Counted from the whole stretch's first letter, positions 49,768-62,447 are shown. The stretch is 63,702 nt of DNA, filler included, from Octopus bimaculoides (GCF_001194135.2; 5 parts of 5 records of this genome joined end to end with filler, not necessarily neighbours in it), one strand, 5' to 3'. Numbers and translations are program-made. Notes: a model not told the origin generated them from the sequence alone.

Positions 49768-51654
49768 NNNNNNNNNNNNNNNNNNNNNNNNNNNNNNNNN
49801 NNNNNNNNNNNNNNNNNNNNNNNNNNNNNNNNNNNNNNNNNNNNNNNNNNNNNNNNNNNNNNNNNNNNNNNNNNNNNNNNNNNNNNNNNNNNNNNNNNNN
49901 NNNNNNNNNNNNNNNNNNNNNNNNNNNNNNNNNNNNNNNNNNNNNNNNNNNNNNNNNNNNNNNNNNNNNNNNNNNNNNNNNNNNNNNNNNNNNNNNNNNN
50001 NNNNNNNNNNNNNNNNNNNNNNNNNNNNNNNNNNNNNNNNNNNNNNNNNNNNNNNNNNNNNNNNNNNNNNNNNNNNNNNNNNNNNNNNNNNNNNNNNNNN
50101 NNNNNNNNNNNNNNNNNNNNNNNNNNNNNNNNNNNNNNNNNNNNNNNNNNNNNNNNNNNNNNNNNNNNNNNNNNNATGGATTCAAGCTTACGGTGGTCTC
50201 TTCTGTCTTCCAAGCAATGTTAAACATTGTTTCTGAATAAGGAACAAGAACGGAAATTTGGCGTTCGGGCCAGAGAGTGGGGTAAACATACCCTATCGTG
50301 ATATGTCAAGTATGACGTGTGCCATACACTAACATCTACACTTCCCACCCAGTTTTTACTTCAGCATTGATAGCATACGTTGCATATACACAGGGAAAGG
50401 TGGGCTTTTTATTTTTTATATCTTTCTCATTGCCAATTCTTTTTTTTTTTTTCTTTTTGTTATTTCTCTATAAATCTCTACATCAGGTGGAGTATCCGAA
50501 ATTTCCATGTTGTGACGGAATTTAGTTTTCAGGTTGCATTCAAAATGATCTTCCCAGTGTTGAAATATCTTAGTTGTAGCGTATGTGCGCGTGCGTGTGT
50601 GTGTGTGTGTGTGTATGTGTGTGTGTGTGCGCGTGTGCGTATGTGTGTATATGTGTGAGTATGTGTATGTATCTTTTTGTGTGTGTGTATGTATGTGTGT
50701 GAAACCTTAGTTTTCTCTGTATCTTATTTCTCCATGTGCAGTATGGGTGAAACTCATTTGACGTCCACGAGGAGCTGGATTCGATCCCACCGCGTAACAA
50801 CTTGATTAAATACCATTTTCTATAGCCTCGAGTCGTCCGCGAAATTGCCAGAAGAAGGGAATTGCATAGACATTTATAAGGTGGGTTTTACCTGTATTTC
50901 AAATGATAGAGCATTGTCTTGCCGCACACTGTGTCAAACCGATTCTGTCAGAGAAGTAAGTTAAGAGTACACATGTCTGTGGAATATTCAGCTACTTCTA
51001 AGTTGATTCACGGGCAGGTAATTCAGTTAATCGAACGGCTGAAACCGCATCGTCGAATGACGGAGATCCACCAGCTTTTATCCAGAATCGAATTTCGAAT
51101 TTTTTCCAGTAAGTCATCGTTTTGATAATCGCTATTCACGGCGTACATGAGGATTTTGTATCGGTTGTCAGATATCAGCAAGCATCAACAAAGTTTTCTG
51201 ATAAATTTATAAAGAATAGCCAAAAACTCTTGTTAGATCTATTGGTCAGACCTAATTGTAGCGGAGGGGACAAACGATGCCGAAACATCGGGTATCTCAA
51301 AGTTCTCAATATATCGAGTGTGTCATAAATCTATATTGTCTATAAAGACAAATTGTTCTACAATGTCGTAAAGCAACAGCGATTAGCATATTCACGTTCT
51401 AATATGCCGGAACGTATTAGGAATGAATCTGAATATCGTCGTTCTGATTCCGGCTGTTGACCGCACGGCACACAACCATTTATTAAAATGGCATCAGTTG
51501 TGTTACTACTTGAGCTAAAACTGAAATAACTCTTTCCTGTTATTTCTTCGGTCTTCTTTATAATTCTGTCGCGAAGGATTGCATTTTCCCACAAAAAAGA
51601 ACACATTTACTATATTATGGTTGCATAACGAAATGCGGCATATTCTTTTCTTGT

Positions 51655-51993
51655 TTTATTCTTTTACTTGTTCCAGTCATTTTGACTTCGGCCATACTGG
51701 ACAATCGCCTTTAGTCAAACGAATCAACCCCGGGACTTATTCTTTGTAAGCCTAATACTTATTCTATCGGTCTATTTTGCCGAACCGCTAAGGTACGGGA
51801 GATGTAAACACACCAACATCAGTTGTCAAAGTGATGGTGAGAGGACAAATACGCGCGCGCACACACATACATATATATATATATGCATACATATGACGGT
51901 CTTTTTTCAGTTTCCGTCTACCAAATCCACTCACAAGGCTTTGGTCGACTCGGAGCTATAGTAGAAGACACTTGCCCAAGGTGCCACGCAGTG
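51655..51993 (-). mobile_element. SINE family A
   Basis: Reverse-complement body and tail. Confidence 0.85.
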
Positions 51994-52276
51994 AGTAATT
52001 TGTATATGTATGTACCTGTTTCCATGAATGTATTTAATATGTAAAAAATGATATATCCAATAATGTTACACTGCTACATTTAATGGCTATTTAAACAATG
52101 AGTTCGTGGATGGTTAATGGGTTGGATATGGGTGCTGGTGAAAGAGCAAGAACCTTTGGAATATGGCATATACATCCATTAACTTCTTTTCCAGCTTCGA
52201 TTATATTGTTTACATTAGAGTATTCGGATAGGAAACGTCGTTGCAAATCAATGTTAGAATTTCTATAGAAAATCTG

Positions 52277-52430
52277 GGCTGTGTGGTAAGCAGCTTGCTT
52301 ACCAACCACATGGTTCAAGGTTCAGTCCCACTGCGTGGCACCTTGAGCAAGTGTCTTCTATTATAGCCTTGGGCCGACCAAAGCCTTGTGAGTGGATTTG
52401 GTGGACGGAAACTGAAAGAAGCCCGTCGTA
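52277..52430 (+). mobile_element. SINE family A, 5' half
   Basis: ggctgtgtggtaagcagcttgcttaccaaccacatgg. Confidence 0.85.
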
Positions 52431-53083
52431 TATATGTATATATATATATATATNNNNNNNNNNNNNNNNNNNNNNNNNNNNNNNNNNNNNNNNNNNNNNN
52501 NNNNNNNNNNNNNNNNNNNNNNNNNNNNNNNNNNNNNNNNNNNNNNNNNNNNNNNNNNNNNNNNNNNNNNNNNNNNNNNNNNNNNNNNNNNNNNNNNNNN
52601 NNNNNNNNNNNNNNNNNNNNNNNNNNNNNNNNNNNNNNNNNNNNNNNNNNNNNNNNNNNNNNNNNNNNNNNNNNNNNNNNNNNNNNNNNNNNNNNNNNNN
52701 NNNNNNNNNNNNNNNNNNNNNNNNNNNNNNNNNNNNNNNNNNNNNNNNNNNNNNNNNNNNNNNNNNNNNNNNNNNNNNNNNNNNNNNNNNNNNNNNNNNN
52801 NNNNNNNNNNNNNNNNNNNNNNNNNNNNNNNNNNNNNNNNNNNNNNNNNNNNNNNNNNNNNNNNNNNAGACTTTAAGAATAATTTTAAGTTTATTTGTTA
52901 CTTTTAGGGACACCACATTTCGTTATGCGTCATATTTGTATTAAAATTCACCGTCTTTTGTTGCAACTAATTTTGAAAGTAATGAAGAGTTTAGTATAAT
53001 AATTTTCTTCGTTATTAAGTTGATGTTTAAAACATAAATTAACATGGAATTTTCAGGGAAAGTTTTAATTTAGATCATTCTAA

Positions 53084-53291
53084 CCCTTTTCTTATCATAT
53101 TTCTGATTTTGTTTCTATTAAATTTTAAAAGTAATGATGAATTTAGTAAAATAACTCTTGTTTTTAAGCTGATGTTTGGAACATAGATTAACATGAAATT
53201 TTACTGGAAGAGTTTAATCTAAGCAATTTTAAAACAGCAATTTTGTATAATAGAACCAGGTGTGGTCTTGCACGGGTTGGTATCAAATGGG
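53084..53291. mobile_element. Second piggyBac-type MITE family, preceded by a partial tandem copy (~52940-53075)
   Basis: (C)TAA|CCCTTTT ... AAATGGG; internal aaagtaatga.gaatttagta.aataa block repeated upstream. Confidence 0.55.
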
Positions 53292-53389
53292 ATATTCAAA
53301 GACATCAGTTACTGGTTGCTATTCTTGTTTAGTCTGTTCTGAACGAATAACCCCTACTATTAAACATTTCAGCTGTGACCGTCCCGAGT

Positions 53390-53427
<38 letters not shown>

Positions 53428-53968
53428 TTTCTTTCTTTTTGGTCGGGTATTGCGTTTCTGGGACTACATTATCTAGCGTGTCTTTGCTCTTTTTTTAAAA
53501 CGGTAGGGTGTAATTTGAGTGATATGGACTGGTACATTCTGACTCAGGTAAGAGCAACTACGTGGAGTCTCCTTAATTAGCGCGGCCTCTAGCGGTGATT
53601 TATGTTCACATGATGCGATTAATAATAATACTGGAGGGGTGGAGTGGGAGGGCGTACGTAGGGTAAGAATTTCAGGTTAATGTTTTAAAGTTAGTTCAGA
53701 AATATGTCTTCGTCCATCAGTCAGTCAGGTTGCTGACCAGTAGGGACATAATTCGACAGTCAATTAATCATTTGGCCAGCCAGGCTGTCACCTTGTCTCT
53801 ATGTCACATGGTCAGTCAATATGTCACAGAGACAGACAGAGCAGATTTATGGCTACTATACTTCAATTTTTCTATCATGTCACGAGGCGTTTAAATACGT
53901 ACAAACACACGTGTGCGCATGTGTGCATGTGTGTGTATGTGTATGTGTGTGTATGTGTGTGCATGTGT

Positions 53969-54009
<41 letters not shown>

Positions 54010-55710
54010 TATGTGTGTATGTGTGCGCGCGCGTGCGTGTAGTATATCTTTACGCATTTAAATGAGAATTTGTGTGTCCACGCTTCTTACTATGCTAGAA
54101 GCTATTATTTATGATCTGAGTTTATCCAACATATATTAGCTTCATTGTTTAAATGTGAAAAAAATTTCAATCGCTAGGAATGAGGAAAAAAAACTTCACG
54201 TCTGGATATATTTTTTAATCACTATATATGCCACTCTTTGATGCTAACTTTGGATCTTTGTAGTTATCGTACCTGTCTAAAATTTTGTGCCAATTGTTTT
54301 CAAATTTGGTATATGGATTTAAGTTTTGTATACTAATTATGAAAATGAAAACCATTTTCCCTATAAATTCATTACTAAAAAGTTATTAGCCTTTCAAATT
54401 TGCAAAATTTGGATATTTTAGCCAATCAGAAGCGAGTATTTCACACATCGCCGTGAAGTCCTGTTAGCATATTAAACAAAGAAGTACCACGTGTTCCATA
54501 GCTGATTGCGAAGAACTCTGTTCTCATAGTAACAAAAGATGCTGCGCATGCGCACAAAGAGTGTAATCACCAAATTGAATGTAATCAACAAATTGAGACT
54601 ACCTAGGCATCTTTAAAGCGTGGAAACAAACGCCGGTGTGGGACACACCGTTCCTTGGCTGACTCTTATCTTTGTGAATTTATGTTGGGAGAGCGATATG
54701 AGAACGATTATTTATTTTATAAAATCGTCGAGTGTATTACAAACTTTCGTTCTTGAGTTTTTTTTAACTAATAAATGCCTGTTTTAAGTAACGTCTTGAC
54801 TGTTATTTCTAGTAACTACTGTTGATTTGTTCGTAGCTTTTAAATATTTAATTTGCTCATGAATCTTTTAATGTTTTTCACTGTTTACTTTAGCTAGTTT
54901 AATGTTTTGACATGCCGGTGCCCAACCCCTTCTCGCTACTGTGACTGATGATGATGGAAGAAGCAGCGACTGTTTTCTGATTGGCTGAAAATTCTGAAAA
55001 TTATCAAACTTTGAACACCTGTAACATTTATGCAAAATTATTCTGGAATAAATGACTAACAAATTCCGATTCAACGTCAAATATTACATCTCTATGCTAC
55101 ATTTTTAAAGATTTCGACATGCAGTTGCAGACAGATCATGTGTAACTTTTGCATACATGCCTCTTTTGCCGCTACTCCTATTCGCACACACGAATTCTCT
55201 TACAAGAAAAAAAAAATGCGATTGCTAGAAAGAACCTTTAAACACAAAGTCGTCTTCCGATTTTGAAGATTTGGTGCTGCTCCTCTTCAATGTGATCTTG
55301 TATTTTTGGTCTCTGAGTCCGTTCGTTCTCCAGTCGAGCACTGACTCCGGTCATAGTAGCTAAATGTGGTGTATCACATTGGAAACACATGAGTTAGACG
55401 TGTGCACTGCATGTCTTGGAGGATTTCAGCTGGTTTTGTGTATCGAAATACATCTGGTGTTGGTTAGATGGAAGATTTTTGTGTGTGCAAACATGTTTTC
55501 TAAAGCGAGTTAAGTATTTGCGTGGTGCATATGCTGTGCACATTCCAGAGACTGGAAACGCAGACTGCACTGGAAATGGGAAATTTCGGATTAAGTGTGA
55601 AATGGTTAGTCATATATTCTTTGTAATAGAGAAATGCTCTTTTTAAAGAATGCTGACTTTTAGAGTAATTGAAGATTCCGTTGCCGAGGTATTTGAAGTA
55701 TGAGACTGGT

Positions 55711-55925
55711 TTATCTTTTGTACTTTACTTGTTTCAGCTTTTTCACTGCGACCATGCTGGAGCACCACCTTGAACAGCTTTTAGACGAACAGATCGACCC
55801 TAAGACTTATTTTTGAAACCTAGTACTTATTCTATCGTTCTCTTTTTGCCGAACCGTTATGTTACGGGGAGGTAAACACACCAACACCAGTTGTCAAGCT
55901 GTGGTGGGGAATAAACACACACGCA
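55711..55925 (-). mobile_element. SINE family A, 3' half
   Basis: ccatgctggagcacc...gtacttattctatc. Confidence 0.75.
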
Positions 55926-56374
55926 TACACATACATAGATATATATGCGCATACGTATACGACGTTATTTTGTTAAGGTTATAGAAATTATAACCAGCAC
56001 CGAGTTTTATTGCTACGTTTCGTATAGGACACGTCAGATATAAACAAACGAAGATGAAAAATGGATAATGGGTGTATATGCCATATTTCGGGGTCTTTTT
56101 CCCCATCTTTAGCATCCATTTAACCCATTAATCATCCTCGAACACATTGCTTAAATAGCACAAACACACACACTCATGTCATATTCTTTGCTATCAATTA
56201 TATCATACTCTTTGCTATCTATTGTAGAATATGTGGGATCGTGTGACGAGGATTTTTCCTGAATTACTCACTCAGTGGCCTTGTTTATGTTATCATGCAA
56301 TGTACAGTTGCCTTTACGTTTTGAATCCAATATGCTTTACTTCTCTATAAGAGATGACAGTAGTAACTATACTG

Positions 56375-56790
56375 AGAAGTAATGATTATCGTCACATCAC
56401 ATATGGCTGTTCCATAAGAATCGACGATACTACTTCAAGAGGAGCCTCCTCCAGCTGGTTATCGAGGCAATCTGCACCCGATATATATTACAAGCAGGGG
56501 AGAGAACCCCTACCATGTTCCACAGTGGCTGACTGTCGCTTGGTTTTCTATATATTGCGAGCTGGAGTGAATTACTGCCATCTATAGCGGATGAGTGTTC
56601 ACCACTGACGATGGGGACAAACAGCCCGAAACTGTACGGTTTTGTGATCCTGTCATCTACTAGAAAATGGATGGAATTTGCATCGGGTGCAGATTGCATC
56701 GATAACCAGTTGATGGAGTCTTCTCCTGGGGTTAGAAACGGTAGCAACATCGTTTCCTATGGACCTGTCATATTAATATGGCGATAAACA
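56375..56790 (+). mobile_element. Inverted-repeat element (~110-bp arms) with a hammerhead-like core in the loop
   Basis: Arms ~56375-56481 and ~56682-56790; second copy ~58560-59025. Confidence 0.65.
56599..56647 (+). ncRNA. Degenerate type I hammerhead ribozyme
   Basis: UCACCA-CUGACGA-U-GGG..CCC-GAAA-C(UGUACG)G-UU-UUGUGA; stem I pairs 5 of 6. Confidence 0.5.
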
Positions 56791-57151
56791 CCTTTTACTT
56801 CATTACACATTTATAAACTATTGGCGTTCAGGACTTTGAAATTCTTACCTGTCAGTCAGAGACAACTTTCAGCGTACCTAGCATAATAATACCATCGTAC
56901 CTAGCATGATCCTACTACATGGTTTATCTCTGAGTAACTAACATATATTTAGAGTAGTTGCTAAGTGTTACTGACAAATATCTGATATTTTCAAAGGTTA
57001 ACTATGTGCTATGCGCATACATGTATGTGCGTGTACATGTTTTCACAAATGATCGAAAACTAACTATATTACTTGCATGTGTGTGTGTGTGTGTGTGTGT
57101 ATAGTTGTGGTGCTCCAGCATGGCTACATCCATGTATATATNNNNNNNNNN

Positions 57152-57238
<87 letters not shown>

Positions 57239-58297
57239 ATGTGAGTATATGCATATATACGTACATGTATGTACATAACTACGTCTACATGTATATATAG
57301 ATGCATATCTGGGTATAGGACATTGCAAAAACATGTGGACAAAATGAGAAACAACATAAACAGAGCACAGAAAACAAACGGCCACAGAGAATATTTCCTT
57401 CATCAACTGCCCCTATTCTAAACTAAACGTTTCGAAGAATTAGGGCAGGTCGCATGGTTTGAATAGTTCTTCCCGCGGAAACAAATTAAATTAAATTAAA
57501 TTAAATTTATAATGCGGAGGAATTAAGTGGCAAACAGAAAACACGACAGGAAGACGAAACAGTGAAAATAAACAAGAAGGGCTGTAGGCCAGACATGAAA
57601 AAATATCTGTGTACTGAACGCTGTGATGTGACGAACTGGAGAGAGAAGAAAGTTCGTGCTAGCTTGGCAGTGGCCAAGAGAAGAAAGAGGGCAGTAGCCG
57701 GTCACATGTGACCAGCGAGGGGTAAGGAGAGAGAGAAAAAAAGGAGGGGAGTTGAGTNNNNNNNNNNNNNNNNNNNNNNNNNNNNNNNNNNNNNNNNNNN
57801 NNNNNNNNNNNNNNNNNNNNNNNNNNNNNNNNNNNNNNNNNNNNNNNNNNNNNNNNNNNNNNNNNNNNNNNNNNNNNNNNNNNNNNNNNNNNNNNNNNNN
57901 NNNNNNNNNNNNNNNNNNNNNNNNNNNNNNNNNNNNNNNNNNNNNNNNNNNNNNNNNNNNNNNNNNNNNNNNNNNNNNNNNNNNNNNNNNNNNNNNNNNN
58001 NNNNNNNNNNNNNNNNNNNNNNNNNNNNNNNNNNNNNNNNNNNNNNNNNNNNNNNNNNNNNNNNNNNNNNNNNNNNNNNNNNNNNNNNNNNNNNNNNNNN
58101 NNNNNNNNNNNNNNNNNNNNNNNNNNNNNNNNNNNNNNNNNNNNNNNNNNNNNNNNNNNNNNNNNNNNNNNNNNNNNNNNNNNNNNNNNNNNNNNNNNNN
58201 NNNNNNNNNNNNNNNNNNNNNNNNNNNNNNNNNNNNNNNNNNNNNNNNNNNNNNNNNNNNNNNNNNNNNNNNNNNTATATATATATATATATATATG

Positions 58298-58520
58298 GAG
58301 TGGCTGCGTAGTAAGAAGCCTGCTTCTCAACCACATGGTTACGGGTTCAGTCCCACTGTGTTTACGTTCCCGTATCTTAGCGGTTCGGCAAAAGGACCGA
58401 TAAAATAAGTACCAGGTTTAAAAAATCAAGTACTGGGGTCGATTCATTCGACTAAAAATTCGAGTTGGTACCGCAGCATGACCATAGAATAATATCTGAA
58501 ACAAGTAAAAGATAAAAGAT
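58298..58520 (+). mobile_element. SINE family A with internal deletion
   Basis: Head joins the 3' half directly at cccactg|tgtttacg. Confidence 0.75.
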
Positions 58521-58559
58521 AATATATAGCTACTTAGAAAATCTCTATAAGAGATGAAC

Positions 58560-59025
58560 GCTGTAACTATACTGAGAAGTAATGTTTATCACTACATCAA
58601 CATGGACGTTCCGTTGGAACTGATGTTAGCGTCGTCTTGGGGGTTAAAATGTTAGTAATGTTGGTACAGCCATGTTGAAGAGGCGACAAACATTATTTAT
58701 TATTATAATTACTTCTTTCATCTCTTATGAAGATTTTCTTATTCGCTAATTTGCTTCTTGCAAATCAGTGATTGGGTTTCTCTTATTTTCTGTATATTGC
58801 GAGCTGGAGTGAACTACTGTTATCTCTAGCGGACGAGTATCCACTAATGAGGATGAGCACAAAGAGGTCGGGAAGCTGGTAGCGGTTCACTCCCCTACTT
58901 GCAATGTATATCGGGTGCAGACTGTATCGAATAACCAGCTAGAGGAGGCGTTCTCCTGGGATTAATATGGTAGTAACGTCGGTACCTACGGAACAGCCAT
59001 GTTGAAGTGGCGATAACTATTACTT
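58560..59025 (+). mobile_element. Second, more decayed copy of the inverted-repeat/hammerhead element
   Basis: Shares gtaactatactgagaagtaatg, atattgcgagctggagtgaa and atcgggtgcagac/ttg..tcga.taaccag; core mutated to CUAAUGA...GAAG. Confidence 0.6.
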
Positions 59026-60066
59026 ACACACCCACACACACCCACACACACACACATAACGGTAGGGAAAGAGAGAAAGAGATGCAAGGAGAAAGAAGTC
59101 GAATGATAGCGACAGATAGACACACACATACAGACAGACAGGCAAACGGATAGACAGATACTCATACACACACAAACACACACACACGCACACNNNNNNN
59201 NNNNNNNNNNNNNNNNNNNNNNNNNNNNNNNNNNNNNNNNNNNNNNNNNNNNNNNNNNNNNNNNNNNNNNNNNNNNNNNNNNNNNNNNNNNNNNNNNNNN
59301 NNNNNNNNNNNNNNNNNNNNNNNNNNNNNNNNNNNNNNNNNNNNNNNNNNNNNNNNNNNNNNNNNNNNNNNNNNNNNNNNNNNNNNNNNNNNNNNNNNNN
59401 NNNNNNNNNNNNNNNNNNNNNNNNNNNNNNNNNNNNNNNNNNNNNNNNNNNNNNNNNNNNNNNNNNNNNNNNNNNNNNNNNNNNNNNNNNNNNNNNNNNN
59501 NNNNNNNNNNNNNNNNNNNNNNNNNNNNNNNNNNNNNNNNNNNNNNNNNNNNNNNNNNNNNNNNNNNNNNNNNNNNNNNNNNNNNNNNNNNNNNNNNNNN
59601 ATTGTTGTTATATTTTAAGCATGGCTGACGAGTATCGGAGCGTGTATTTTATACATGCAGCGGAATTGCTCAACCAATCCGTCTCAGCTTAGCCGCTAGA
59701 TTACTCAGTATATTTCTCCTATAATCGCAATTTGATTATACCGAGTTTTATGAACCAGGTAATGGAAGGCTAACAACCACTCCTCTTCTGCCTCTTCTGT
59801 GTCCTCCTCCTCCTCCTCCTCCTCCTCCTCCACTCCGCCACCACCGTCATCGCCAATACCACCACACCACCATCACTGCCATTACCATTAGCACCACCAG
59901 CTTCACCGCTATCCCCACCACCATCAATACAACCATTACCACGTGGTAACAAACAAATAAATGAGCATTCATTACTTGATAACGTATATGTTTGTATGTT
60001 TGTATGTTTGTACGTATGTATAAATAACAAATATATTTGTATGTATATGGATGTATATACACTTAT

Positions 60067-60113
<47 letters not shown>

Positions 60114-60180
60114 TATAAATAAAAACATTCACACAGTCATCCATTCATCCACCCATCCATCTATCCATCCATCCACCCAC

Positions 60181-60215
<35 letters not shown>

Positions 60216-60404
60216 CATACTTACATACATACATACATACATACATGACCGTGTGCGTATGTGTGAGGTTACGGACCATTTAAATATAAACAATGTTATT
60301 ATACGCTCGGTGGTTTGGACAAACCAACCGAGAGTTAAATACAGATCAAAGCGGACGCTCCTCCTCTCCCTCTTCTTCTTCACTTCATTATCATCATTGT
60401 TGTT

Positions 60405-60437
<33 letters not shown>

Positions 60438-60523
60438 ATTTAGTAGAAGTAGTAGTACCAGTAGCGGGAGCGGAATGTTGAGAATGATACTATTACAACG
60501 AATACTGCTACAGCTCGCATTTC

Positions 60524-60559
<36 letters not shown>

Positions 60560-60922
60560 CGCCGCCACCAACACCACCACCACCACCACCACNNNNNNNN
60601 NNNNNNNNNNNNNNNNNNNNNNNNNNNNNNNNNNNNNNNNNNNNNNNNNNNNNNNNNNNNNNNNNNNNNNNNNNNNNNNNNNNNNNNNNNNNNNNNNNNN
60701 NNNNNNNNNNNNNNNNNNNNNNNNNNNNNNNNNNNNNNNNNNNNNNNNNNNNNNNNNNNNNNNNNNNNNNNNNNNNNNNNNNNNNNNNNNNNNNNNNNNN
60801 NNNNNNNNNNNNNNNNNNNNNNNNNNNNNNNNNNNNNNNNNNNNNNNNNNNNNNNNNNNNNNNNNNNNNNNNNNNNNNNNNNNNNNNNNNNNNNNNNNNN
60901 NNNNNNNNNNNNNNNNNNNNNN

Positions 60923-60990
<68 letters not shown>

Positions 60991-61183
60991 TTTCGGTTAA
61001 AATTACCCCAAACTTGCTGCGTTTAAAAGCTATTAACTTTTTATTTATTAATTTATGACAAAAATGAATTTCATTTCTATAATTATCATACACAACTACA
61101 TCGATACATCAAATTTGAAAACAATTGGAACAAAATTAAAGGAATTGAAAAGGGAAAGACAAGCAGGAAAAAAATCCACATTT

Positions 61184-61776
61184 TCGCGTAAATACAGAAC
61201 AATAGACTGGGGCAGTATCAAGGATAACAAAACATAGGCGGCAGTATAAACAAGAATATAAAACAATAGGCAATTAGAGAAGCAAAAATATAAGACAATA
61301 GGCTGCAGTAGTAATAAAAATATAAAACAAATTCCAGCGGAGTCAAGTATACAAAATAATAGTCTACAGCAGTAGCAAGAATGCGAAACAATAGGCTTTA
61401 CTACAAGCAAGAATACGAAACAATAGGCTACAGATGTAGCAAGAATACAAAACAATAGGCTATAAGAGTAGCAAGAGTCTGAACCAATAGGCTTGAGTAG
61501 AAGCAAGAATAAGAAATCAGTAGCTGGAGAAGTACCAATGATACAAAAACTAGGTGACATTCGAAACACGGATATAAAACAATAAGCAACAAAAGTACCA
61601 AGAATATAAAACAATAGGCAACATGAACGGCAAGCTAACGCTAGGTTATATTAATAGTAAGAATATGAAACAATAGGCTTAAGTAGTTCCAAGTATACAA
61701 AATATAGGTGTCAGTAGATACAAAGATATAAAACAATTGGCTACAGTATTACCCAGGACACAAAACAATAGGCTAC

Positions 61777-61790
<14 letters not shown>
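61184..61790. repeat. Degenerate 32-bp minisatellite (~19 units)
   Basis: Consensus approximately AAGAATAYAAAACAATAGGC-TACAGTAGTAGC. Confidence 0.9.
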
Positions 61791-61828
<38 letters not shown>

Positions 61829-61983
61829 ACCTCTCCTCTTGCTGTTGATAAATATGATTTATTTGAAAGTGTATTGTCAAAGACAAATAACACCGTATGG
61901 TAGCAACATTTATTAACTAATAATGTGATTTTTCCCCCATTCATATCAAAAGGACCAAGGCAAAGCGATAGAATGCAGGTGTT

Positions 61984-61996
61984 GGGTCAAAGGTCA
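61984..61996 (+). promoter_or_regulatory. Nuclear-receptor DR1 element GGGTCA-A-AGGTCA
   Basis: Exact motif; function unproven. Confidence 0.2.
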
Positions 61997-62347
61997 AAGA
62001 ATTCCAAATGAGAATCGAATTTCATTAATTTATAATAATGAGATGTGCGTTGGGAGAGGCGCGTTTTTTTTTTTTGTTTTTTTTTTTAATCTGAAAAGAA
62101 AAAGAGTCACAAATTAGGAGGGGGAGATGTAGCGTACTTCAATTAAAGCAATTCAAGTAAATACATGCTTTGTACGATTTATGTTTGTCTGACAATCTTA
62201 AACAAATCATAGATTTATATGATGTGGTCCAACGACCAAGCTAAGTGTCCGTGGTTCGTTTCCCATTACTGGAAGCGATCAGTGTTCACTCTCTCTAGTA
62301 GTGCTTTTCTAAACATGAACAAACCGACAAGTTGCCCGAGAGTTTAG

Positions 62348-62447
62348 NNNNNNNNNNNNNNNNNNNNNNNNNNNNNNNNNNNNNNNNNNNNTTAATTAAT
62401 TAANNNNNNNNNNNNNNNNNNNNNNNNNNNNNNNNNNNNNNNNNNNN
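62348..62447. other. Artificial scaffold join
   Basis: 44N + TTAATTAATTAA + 44N. Confidence 0.9.

Noticed and set aside
57395-57450. Permuted hammerhead-like GAAACGUU...UUGAUGA (minus) within a CTGCCCTA hairpin
   Set aside because: C3 is mutated and stems I and II are unconvincing.
61184-61790. CRISPR-like repeat-spacer array
   Set aside because: Eukaryotic context, no cas genes, repeats themselves degenerate, and the 12-nt 'spacers' share a consensus. It is a minisatellite, and the 172-aa minus ORF over it is a by-product.
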